This document shows positions 1 to 9,077 of a stretch of DNA of 37,860 nucleotides, piece after piece (positions within the stretch are counted from its first letter, which is position 1; every line of letters begins with the position of its first letter). The stretch is taken from the NCBI GenBank assembly GCA_051942205.1, contig JAVECO010000207.1:1-37860 (forward strand), written 5' to 3'. This stretch comes from Coniocarpon cinnabarinum (Eukaryota). Made by a program: the position numbers and the translations under genes. The notes beneath the pieces were generated by a model. It worked only from the letters and a program-made list of their open reading frames with translations. It had not been told where the DNA came from and made no database searches.

Positions 1-1374
1 CCCCCACCCCAACCCCATACTCTGGAGATCGGAAATAGCATTGGGGTACAAAGTGAAGCGGTCGTCGACAAAACCATCGCAAAGACTCTGGCACACACCG
101 AGATCGCGAGTGCGCAGATTCTGCGGGTGGAATGGAACGCGCCTGAAAACTTGACCGTATCTGGAGGAGACGTATGGCATGACCTGAAACTTGAGTCTAG
201 ATTGAGTTTACCCGACGCAGATGGGCCGCAAATCGATGGGCGCGGTTCTCACGATTTTAAGCTCTCCGCTGAACCCGCATTTACAAAGCATGACAACGTC
301 ACAGCCTACGCCGTTGGTCAGTGGGATAGAGCTCCCACCGGTGAAAGCGTCGCAGCGGCGATTGAGCAGATGTACGAAGCGGGCGATATGGATGGCAAAA
401 TATGCATCTTGCAGGAAGGGAAGCAAGTCCAGCTCGCAGAAACCCCCAACGTGGTTTTGGCGTTGAAGTGGGACACAAGCTCTACTAAATTATTGGCTAT
501 CTGGGACTCCAATCTTGGAGACAAGAGTTTCATTACGATTTGGGATGCCAACTCTGCACATCCTACAGGGCGAATCGTGTCTCGTAAGCCAGTCCGCGAA
601 TCTGTGTGGTTGGACGATAACTCGTTTGCTTGTTGCGGGGATAACGTTCTGAGCATATATAATGTCCAAGAGGAATCATTCCAGCATCAGAGGGATATTG
701 AGACTGATCGGCCTTGGGAGCAACTGCATTACGACGTTGGTACGGGCATGATCGTCTGCACATCCCAAAATGATGGCGAATTGGGGCTCCTGGACGTTAA
801 AGAGCACGTCTTGCAAACAAAGAATGCGCACGACGATAGCATCACTAGCGTCCAATGGCAACCTGTTGCAGAGGCGCGCCAGGCTATAAACGACAGCAAT
901 ACACGAATGCTTGCAACTTCTTGCGCCGACGGCACAGTCAAGCTCTGGAATGCTAGGCAGGCCCTTGAATGCGTTCATACGTTCACGCCCGAACCATGTC
1001 TTCCTGTGTGGACAGTACAATTTTCTAGTGACGGCTCGATGCTTGCGGCAGTCATGGACAATGAGATACGGGTATGGGAGACCAAAGTAGATGGAGCACT
1101 TCTTGCGAGATGGACAAACCAAGAAATCGAGTCGAGGCAGCCGGACGGGGGCCATGAAGTTCAACAACGCGACTCAACCGGCGGCAACAACGATGTTGAC
1201 GGGGAAGAGGAAACCCAGGAGCCGACTGGACCAACATACGCGCTCACTTGGAGTCCTTCAAACCAGCGGCTAGCACTCACGCATGGCTGTAATGTTTGGA
1301 TCATCGAGATGCCTAATGCTACTGAGTCCAAGGTAAACAGAAAATGCCTTCCACACGAGACGACCAAGAGATGA
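1..1374 (+). CDS. WD40-repeat protein, probably TBL1/Sif2-like (5' end lies outside the window)
   Basis: Frame is open from base 1 (PPPQPHTLEIGNSIGVQSE...). WD repeats such as AHDDSITSVQWQP...LATSCADGTVKLWN and VWTVQFSSDGSMLAA...IRVWE. The Sif2/TBL1 assignment is from recalled similarity only. Confidence 0.75.
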   Translation, partial: PPPQPHTLEIGNSIGVQSEAVVDKTIAKTLAHTEIASAQILRVEWNAPENLTVSGGDVWHDLKLESRLSLPDADGPQIDGRGSHDFKLSAEPAFTKHDNVTAYAVGQWDRAPTGESVAAAIEQMYEAGDMDGKICILQEGKQVQLAETPNVVLALKWDTSSTKLLAIWDSNLGDKSFITIWDANSAHPTGRIVSRKPVRESVWLDDNSFACCGDNVLSIYNVQEESFQHQRDIETDRPWEQLHYDVGTGMIVCTSQNDGELGLLDVKEHVLQTKNAHDDSITSVQWQPVAEARQAINDSNTRMLATSCADGTVKLWNARQALECVHTFTPEPCLPVWTVQFSSDGSMLAAVMDNEIRVWETKVDGALLARWTNQEIESRQPDGGHEVQQRDSTGGNNDVDGEEETQEPTGPTYALTWSPSNQRLALTHGCNVWIIEMPNATESKVNRKCLPHETTKR

Positions 1375-2028
1375 CTTGGCGATTAGACATAGGAGGGCGT
1401 GGATCTATGCTGCAATGGCCTATAATTTTGTCGAAAAGAAATTGCCCATCGAGGCAGTCACAATGAGACTATGTGAGGTCATCTGAGACGCCGAGGAAGA
1501 AAAAGTGCAGATGGTCATCCCGCACAGCGATGTGCATGCAGACAGACGGGGCGAATGGTCGCGAAAGATGGTGGTGATATCAACAGCACCTGATCTGATA
1601 TGCATTGAGGGATCATTCTGGCTGCGGGAAAGCGTCGATGCGTGTTATAGGGAAGCGACCTAGTCTGCAAGCCGGGGTAAAGGGGACAGTGTGGGCAATC
1701 GAGTGCTTCTGCCTGGGTGACGCATATTGCATGTTATTGCAGAGGGAGTTGCCTACAGCTGGCCGTGTTATGGACTAGGAAGAGCAGGCCGGGGAAGCAG
1801 ATCCGTACCGAGCCGCGAATTGCGGCAATCAGCAATACTGTCCAAGTGGCTGCTGCGCGGCGGAGGGTGCGTCGTGCACAGTCGATCTGATGCCCGTGGC
1901 ACCGTTGCATACCCCATATCTGCCACTGTCGGCAAGCGGCAGACGACAGTGGGGACGAGGAGGATGAGGGTGACACGACGTGACGAGAATGCCGGTGCAG
2001 GGGAGCAGTGGATAGCCTGGACGCCTGA

Positions 2029-2053
2029 TGGTCTGGTCTGGTCTGGTCTGGTC
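2029..2053. repeat. (TGGTC)5 microsatellite
   Basis: Five perfect pentamer copies read directly. Confidence 0.95.
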
Positions 2054-3056
2054 TCGTCGGCGTCGTTGCCTGGCACACGCTGGCGAGTGAGTACATATGC
2101 ATACCTGCATTGGACTGGACGTGTTGGTCCATTACACGTCTAATGGCGGAGTTGAGGGGCGCGAGGGGAGGAATCTGCAGGATTGGTGGCACCGCAGAGG
2201 GCGATAACCAGAGAGAGACGCTAGGGCGGGAACGGACTAGGGCGATGAGCTGCGCTCCGCTGAGAGGGGACTAGCGTGGCAGGCGCTGTGGGCGCTGAGA
2301 GGCTGGTCGTTGGTGGGGAGAGGACTGGAGAGGCCCGTGGCCCGACTGTGAGTCTGTGGCTCTCTGATCGCTGACTCTTTCCACTCGCCGAAACTCTCTC
2401 TCTCTTCTTCTCCTCGCTGCGTCGACATCGTGTGATAGCCACACCTCTCATCCTCCGCCTCTTCCTCTCCCTCTGCTATCCCTTCTGCTTCGCCCATCCA
2501 CCATGCTGCTCTTCCTTTGACCCCCCGCTCTGACTGACATCCACTCTCGCTAGCTCTTCTTCTCTTGCATTGGTTTCGTTGTTTGGCTGCGCCAGCCCTG
2601 CCCTCGGAGCTTCTCACCACGCCTGGCGCTGCACGGCGTTAGTCACGAGGCGTCACCAGCCGTCGGCCTTATCTGAGTTTCTGTCGCTCCCCTCACGAGG
2701 CGATCGAACCCTGTGCCCTTGACCCTTCTGCAGTCACTCGCTGCAAGGCACGAGCTGCTCCGCCCTCCCGCCCTCACTCATTCTCGCTCCCACTGCGAAC
2801 CCTGGATCGAGTCCCCTTCGCCGCAACCATGGCTGCTGCCTGAGTCGAGCGACCTCCCCGGATCGACATCACACGTTTTCCATCGGCTCGATTGGGCCTC
2901 TTGAGCTCCTCACAAGCTGGACTGGCTTCTCGCTTCATTCATTTGATCCGCGAGTCCTCAATGTTTGGCTGTGACCATGGCATGCCTGTCTTTGGCCTCC
3001 ATTGACAACCGCCACCGCTGTCTCGATTAGCAATCACGGCGACAACATCCTGATAT

Positions 3057-3255
3057 GTAAGTCCCACATCCACACACGCGTTGGCAAAGCCTCGAGAAGC
3101 TATCCCGTACCCTCATTAGAGCACCCTGCTGTCCTGGACACGTCATCCGGGACACGCGCTCAGACGGCTTTTGTACAGAACAGAATACCTCAGCTGCAGA
3201 CACTGGTTACATAAGCTTTGAGATGGTCTTGTACTGACGCCGAATGTCTTACTAG
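3057..3255 (+). other. Probable 5'-UTR intron of ATG13
   Basis: GTAAGT donor at 3057, ACTGAC branch at 3233, TAG acceptor at 3253-3255. An in-frame TAA at 3343 precedes the ATG at 3355, so the intron is non-coding. Confidence 0.6.
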
Positions 3256-3354
3256 CCTCGCCACCTCATCTTCTTCAGCTCTCCTCCAGTCCCAACTCAG
3301 TTCGGCCTCGCCCCTGTGGAGGAAACTCCCTCCGAGTCCACCTAAAGCGACGCC

Positions 3355-5901
3355 ATGTCAAGTTCAGGTCGATCTCCCGCGCCTACTCCCCAAGATGAAG
3401 ACCAGAATCGCGCGCGTCAAGTCATTCAGCACTTTTTCCAGAAAGCCGCCCTCACAGTTGTCTGCACCCGTTGTAATTTACCTCGCGTTTTCCTTCGAGA
3501 CTCCAATACCTTGAGGAGTGACAAGTGGTTCAACCTCATCCTGGACGACAGTGACGTTCTACAAGAAGACGTGAAGCTTTGGTCGACATTTGATTTCAAT
3601 CTCGGAACACCACCACCCCTCTTTCTCGAAATCTTTCTCGAGACCTCCGATCTTCCGCGAAATCAGACCATTGTCATCATTGACGAGAGGCGTCAACGAT
3701 GGAACGCTTGTGAAGCGCTCGAGCCGTCAGGTAATACTCTACCTAGCGGCCGAAATCGAAAGACCCGCAACACCAAAGTCGTACTTGAGCGTTGGAAAAT
3801 TACGCTGGACGAGGATGAGTCGGGCGTCAGGTTTGACGATTCCATGCCCAGCGTTTACAAGAAATCAGTGGTCATGTTCAGAACTCTATTTACGCTCCTG
3901 CACCAACTTCCTGCATATGCTTTCAATCGACGGGTCGCAAAGGAGCCGGCGTCACTGAATACGTTGCGACCAATGTATAGGGTCTCCATCAACGGACCTT
4001 CGAAATCAGATCGAGACGCCTTGGAGGCACCGCTTTACCCATCGCAAGAACCTGCCACACAGCGCGAAGTCCTCAGACCTGTGTCTAGCCCGGCTGGATT
4101 GATGGGTATTGAGGTCACCTACCGCAACAATTGTGACTTTCGTGTGGATGATGCCGAAGCACTCCTCAGCATGCAATTCATGGGCGCAGACGTGCCTCAT
4201 CATCCCTCGACTTTTGCTGAAGCACCCGCTCGACGGTATAGCCAAGCAGCTCAACCGCCAGGCTCGTTACCCGCCGGACGCCAGGCTGACGCGTTGGCTC
4301 CGGTCAATACAGCGTATGGAAGCATGTCGACATTTCACGGGGCTGGTGCACCATTGAGCACGAGTCCAGTGTCTGCTCTTCGCGCCGCACGTGACTTCAA
4401 TAATGGTTCCCCTGTCGAGTCGCCCCCTCTCAGGCAGGCACCAGATCAACGGTCTTCGCAAAGCTCAAAGTCTTCTTTGAAGCCCGAGGGGGCAAGCGTC
4501 ATGCCGCGACGTGTGTCTGTGTCCTTCCAACCATTCAAAGCAGGGTCATTGTCGTCCTCGCCTGGTCGCAATGGGAATGCCCCAGCGTCACCAAGACTTC
4601 CGTCTGGTGAAACATCAAACTCAAGTAGCGGCGCCGTCTCACATATGCGCAAACCAAGCTCGCAAACATCCATCCCGCAATCTGGCTTGCGCGAGGGCGT
4701 CTCAGCTGGAGACGAGCATATAGGATCTTCTGGGCCCAGTTCGCCGAAGCCCCAACCTGTGCAACGATTCAGCAGCAGCTTTGGCCATCGCCGCACGCGA
4801 CTGTCTGGCGGGGGTAATGTACACAGGAATGAGGACGATCAGAACAGCAGCGGCAAGGCAAGTCAGGCATCGGACCGGCCTGGGTCAGGCCAGGTAGTAG
4901 GAGCTGAAAGTGGAAGTAGCGAATCAATGCATGCTGACGACAGCAATATCTCCGAATTCCTGAACTTTCTGGAAGCAAAAAAGAATCTCACAAGCTTGAA
5001 CAAAGATGATGAGACCACTCGAGATGCATCTGCCCGTCGCACGAGCGCTCAACTCTCGAAATTCCAAAGAATGCGCGACTCACATGCTGCGGTCAGTGAA
5101 AGTATCTCGACGTCTATGCTGCACCAGCCATCGTCTGGGCCTGGGTCACTCGGTGCGAAGCCCTCTAGTGTCCCTCCGCAGCTCTCTGGCGCGTCAGTAT
5201 CCACTTCCTCATCTCCCGGTAAAGACATCTCGCCGCGCACGCCACATACGCCAGCTGTTCCTTCTCGCCTCAGCACGCATGCCAATGTTGATAATCAGTC
5301 TGACGCCGAGCCACCACAACGATCAAGTGCTGCCGTACACAGACGCCATGATTCTTTGCCTCAGTCCCGGGCTTCTGGCGGCTCAAACGCCATTGATATC
5401 CCTACGTCACCACATCGCTATTATCGACCACGTGTGTCTAGCTCCGCAGCACAGCCTCATCCTGTAGTGGAGGATGAGCTTGGCATGCGCGCTGCAAGTG
5501 TCCCTATTGACGCGCCTGGCACTGATCTTAGCCTGAGTGAATTGTTCAATGCGAACGAGCCTCCCCGTGCTCACACAACCACTGTGCAGTCCAACCACAG
5601 ACCTAGACAAGACTCGCGCGACGAAGAAGGCAGGCGAGCGTCCAATGAGCATGGTTCGCGGCCCTCAAGTTATCGACCCAGGCTGTACCGGGGTGGTGCG
5701 AGCGGAAGAGGCAGCTACTCCAGCGCCGGGACTGGCAGTGGTCAGGCGTCTGGAAGTGCTGATACTGGGCATGGCCGGTTCAGTGTGGGGCCACGGCGAG
5801 TGGCTGACACAGGGGAAGAGGAGGAGCCGTTACTCTTTACAATGAGTGAGCTCGAGCAGCAAAGTCGACGAAGCTTGGAGCGGTTGAGGGAGTATCCTTG
5901 A
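3355..5901 (+). CDS. ATG13: Autophagy-related protein 13 (N-terminal HORMA domain, long Ser/Pro-rich disordered tail)
   Basis: 848-aa intronless ORF with fungal Atg13 motifs QVIQHFFQKAA, DKWFNL, VVLERW, VYKKSVVMFRTLF, VTYRNNCDFRVDDAEALLS, QPFKAGSLSSSP, ISEFL and C-terminal EPLLFTMSEL. Confidence 0.93.
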   Translation: MSSSGRSPAPTPQDEDQNRARQVIQHFFQKAALTVVCTRCNLPRVFLRDSNTLRSDKWFNLILDDSDVLQEDVKLWSTFDFNLGTPPPLFLEIFLETSDLPRNQTIVIIDERRQRWNACEALEPSGNTLPSGRNRKTRNTKVVLERWKITLDEDESGVRFDDSMPSVYKKSVVMFRTLFTLLHQLPAYAFNRRVAKEPASLNTLRPMYRVSINGPSKSDRDALEAPLYPSQEPATQREVLRPVSSPAGLMGIEVTYRNNCDFRVDDAEALLSMQFMGADVPHHPSTFAEAPARRYSQAAQPPGSLPAGRQADALAPVNTAYGSMSTFHGAGAPLSTSPVSALRAARDFNNGSPVESPPLRQAPDQRSSQSSKSSLKPEGASVMPRRVSVSFQPFKAGSLSSSPGRNGNAPASPRLPSGETSNSSSGAVSHMRKPSSQTSIPQSGLREGVSAGDEHIGSSGPSSPKPQPVQRFSSSFGHRRTRLSGGGNVHRNEDDQNSSGKASQASDRPGSGQVVGAESGSSESMHADDSNISEFLNFLEAKKNLTSLNKDDETTRDASARRTSAQLSKFQRMRDSHAAVSESISTSMLHQPSSGPGSLGAKPSSVPPQLSGASVSTSSSPGKDISPRTPHTPAVPSRLSTHANVDNQSDAEPPQRSSAAVHRRHDSLPQSRASGGSNAIDIPTSPHRYYRPRVSSSAAQPHPVVEDELGMRAASVPIDAPGTDLSLSELFNANEPPRAHTTTVQSNHRPRQDSRDEEGRRASNEHGSRPSSYRPRLYRGGASGRGSYSSAGTGSGQASGSADTGHGRFSVGPRRVADTGEEEEPLLFTMSELEQQSRRSLERLREYP

Positions 5902-7307
5902 GCGAAAGGCAGGTAAGCTGTCTCACGAAGAACAGATTGTTGCTTACATTTGAACCAAAATTTTGGGGTTAGCCAGGTGGATTAGGGCACCCAGCACTTG
6001 CAAAAAGTTAAACGTGAAGCGATGGGCGGTGACTTTCACGCATTATGCGTCACGACATAACGACGGCGTCGCTGGGTTGAAACAGGGCAGAGCTGGTAAA
6101 AGCATCATGTGCATGGCGCCAGTCTTGAATAAAAACAATGGTGTCTACACTAGGGAACTAGGGTTCGGTCATACACATAGATACCACAGGATATATAGCT
6201 TAGGCCCTGGATAGCGCCACAATCGAAAATGAATGTAAACCTGTACCATTCAGCTTGACCCATTGCATAGTTGTGCTTTTGGTATACATCGCCACATGGC
6301 AAGGATATGCCCACGACATCGGTACTTGTGATATGTAGTGATAGTTCTTACTTATTCTGTCTCAGCACATCAGTCTGTGAGTGTTTGCATTTCGCGTACC
6401 CACTCACACGTATAAAGTCCTTTTGGGTCGTTCCATACTCGAGTCGTCAAAAGTCCTCACCATGCCCATGGGCACAACTCACGATCGTCTCACAGACTCC
6501 GCAATTTGGTGCTTCTTTATTTCACGTCCATCCGATGACTAGAATGAGGATCCCCTGACCCTCCGTGTCCTCCATCGAATATCTTTGGCGTTATCAGGAG
6601 CTGACCTTCACGGTGAAAAGTACGGACTGCCTTTGGTGCATTGAGCATACGCTAGCCTACACGATAAAACAAAGTCCTGGATTACAAGTATACGGACATG
6701 TTGACGGCGCTTGGGAATATATGAAGTTACTGTTAAGGATGTTTCAGAAGCGGGGAGGTGGTGCGAAGCAACTTCACCAATGTTACTTCTCATGTCGAGC
6801 TTCGCTCGTCTTTAGCTCTTGGGCCCACGGGGCATGAGCAGCGAAAGTCGTTGCCAGATCTTGCACCTGCCTGGCCTTCCACGTAGCGAAAGCATTGAGC
6901 CCGTTATGCATGATGATTGCGAGCCAGTTGAATACAATCGCGAAGGCCTCCTGCGCCTCGGAAAGCACGGGAATGTCTCATGGCGAATGATTTTGTCCAG
7001 AATTCCTGCAGTGTTCTTTGGGCTACAGAGTCGTGAGCACACATCTCAAGATGAGTGAGGCAGGAGAAGCACAAATGGGATAATTTATACGCCGTTCGAT
7101 CTGGTCATGGGTACGAGCACCCTGAAGTATCAAGATGAAATATTAATCCACAAAGGGGTGATTTCAAAGGAACCCGGCTGATCTTGTGCATAATTGGCGA
7201 TGGCGCATGGAGAGATTAAATTGTTCGAGTAGACGCGCACTCAATGCTTGGTCAAGAAGTTCATCGTGAAACCAGGGTTGATGGAAGTCTCAAAGAAAAA
7301 AAGAAGG

Positions 7308-7641
7308 ACACTGCCTGGCACCTGCCGCTAACCTTTCTTAGTATAGTGTACATGGTACTGCCAGATGCTCAAGAATGTAGCTGACCTTAACAATAACAAG
7401 TAATTAAAGTAGAAAAGATAAACGTGTAACTATACGTATTATAATATCTCTATCTATGCTTTTAATTATACTTAAAGAAGCGTTTAAGTGTAGTAGTAAA
7501 CTTATGTATTAAAGTAGTTGAATTAAGAGGTACAGATGTGATGTAATAATACTAGACAGCTGCCATATAAGTTGCCCTGTAGGGGAATAATTGCACATCT
7601 GAGCATACTAAGAAAGGTTAGCGGCAGGTGCCGGGCAGTGT
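7308..7641. mobile_element. Short non-autonomous element (MITE-like) with 37-bp terminal inverted repeats and an AT-rich, RIP-like core
   Basis: 7308-7344 ACACTGCCTGGCACCTGCCGCTAACCTTTCTTAGTAT is the reverse complement of 7605-7641 at 36/37 positions. The interior (~7385-7555) is TpA-rich. No coding capacity and no clear target-site duplication. Confidence 0.7.
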
Positions 7642-8431
7642 GGGGGATGGTGTAGTATGCACGCCACTAGGTTTGCGCCACAGTCTCTGACGCGGGACCG
7701 AACTCTTTCTTCCACCCTGCCACGTGCCTGCTGCATTTCCCCTTCAGCACTTTGACCATTTTCAATCGTTCCTACCACAGGCAAGCACCTCTTGTGCGCC
7801 ATACTTCTGACTGCAGCGTTGTAATATCCATGAAGGCGTTCTGGTTGAGATTTGGAGCCCTCTATCCCACGTGCGAGCTAAGGGCTAAAGAATAGACAAA
7901 ATATTATTTGAACACGAGCTTTGGGCTGCAAAATATCGAAAACTGAATATCAAGCAAGGCCTTGGGTTTGGTCTAGCAGGTCACGACGTGCACTTTACGT
8001 GTCAGAACATCTTCTTTAGATTTCACGCTCTTCTCAAGTAGCTTTTGGCTATTCATTAAGCCGGTGTGCGCAAAAGTCAGGTTGGACATTTTTGGGCAAG
8101 TAATACTGCAGTCAAGATTTCGTTACATATTGGCTTGCATAGAACACCAAATCTTTGACGCTGCAATAAAGTCTTGGCTTGATGAAAATTGACATGGCTG
8201 AATGATGTCTCAAACATTCTGTCGTGGTGCAAATTTTCCGATTGAGAGAATGAAATTATTAGAATGGCTAGTAAAAGCCACTTGTATGAGACTTGTCATA
8301 TGTAATATCGAAGGTTGTGTAAGAGCCGACGTGCTGCAGAATCTTAACAACGGTATATTGTATTGCCGCTCACTAAAACGTCTATTACATCATCGACGAA
8401 CCATGACAACAGTATCATGGCAATAAACCAT

Positions 8432-8582
8432 TCCGTTGTGGTGTAACGGTTAGCATCCGTCGCTTTCATGCTTTCACCAGCTGCGAACCGACGAGATCGG
8501 GGTTCGATGTTCGTACCCATCTTTCACACTTGTTGCCGGCATTAATATGCTGATATCTGGCTATCTAGTCCCCGCAACGGAA
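8432..8582 (+). tRNA. tRNA-Glu(TTC) with a canonical anticodon-loop intron (8469-8487) and a second, spliceosomal-type intron in the T-loop (8509-8568)
   Basis: Spliced sequence TCCGTTG TG GTGTAACGGTTAGCAT C CGTCG CT TTC A^C CGACG AGAT CGGGG TTCGAT^T CCCCG CAACGGA A. Perfect acceptor stem (TCCGTTG/CAACGGA), anticodon stem (CGTCG/CGACG) and T stem (CGGGG/CCCCG). Layout matches fungal tRNA-Glu. Confidence 0.92.
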
Positions 8583-8610
8583 AGCTTACTCGTACAAAAT
8601 CTCCCTTTGC

Positions 8611-8621
8611 TTTTTTTTTTT
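8611..8621 (+). terminator. Oligo-T RNA polymerase III terminator downstream of tRNA-Glu
   Basis: T11 run about 30 nt after the discriminator base. Confidence 0.7.
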
Positions 8622-9077
8622 CCTCTTTATCTGACAGCGCTGGAAAGCCCGGTCGTTTTGACTCTGGTGTTCGCTTTCACAGGAGGACTGATGTTACAAA
8701 GTCCTCGCCTGGGCGCGATCTGGTCTCCTCACAAGGCTTTTGCAGGTATGTCCGTAGCTTTTGAAGCCGCAAAACCCCCAAAGTAAGGGCTCCTTACGTA
8801 GATCTATATCGGGTCTCTGATCATTCAAGCGTAACGCCCATTTCCTATTTGCGAGCCTTGTCTTGCTAGACACGCGCGTGAAACGTAAGATTCGTTCAAA
8901 ATTTCTATCACCGTCGTGACCGTTGCCGCGTTCCGACGAACAATACGAACGACGTGGAGGATCGATAACGAGAACATGGACGTAGTGTGAAAATCTACGC
9001 GTGCTGTACACAACAATGCGCAGTGCTTGTCGTCTTGCGTTACGCATATTCTATTCTAGTCGCTAGCTCAGCATAGG

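Noticed and set aside
1420..2900. Short ORFs between the WD40 gene and ATG13
   Set aside because: Low-complexity translations driven by a microsatellite and CT-rich promoter DNA; no consistent splice model.
6150..6210. CTAGGG/TTAGG motifs resembling telomeric repeats (also near 37350-37385)
   Set aside because: Isolated, non-tandem copies; no (TTAGGG)n array.
8509..8568. Reading the T-loop insert as a bulge-helix-bulge (archaeal/red-algal type) non-canonical tRNA intron or as a simple pseudogenising insertion
   Set aside because: I see no BHB pairing at the junctions, whereas donor, branch and acceptor signals all fall exactly at the boundaries and the tRNA body is undamaged. Not formally excluded without RNA data.
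8547..8786. 79-aa ORF overlapping the tRNA 3' half
   Set aside because: Runs through the tRNA intron, acceptor stem and poly-T terminator; no protein-like features.
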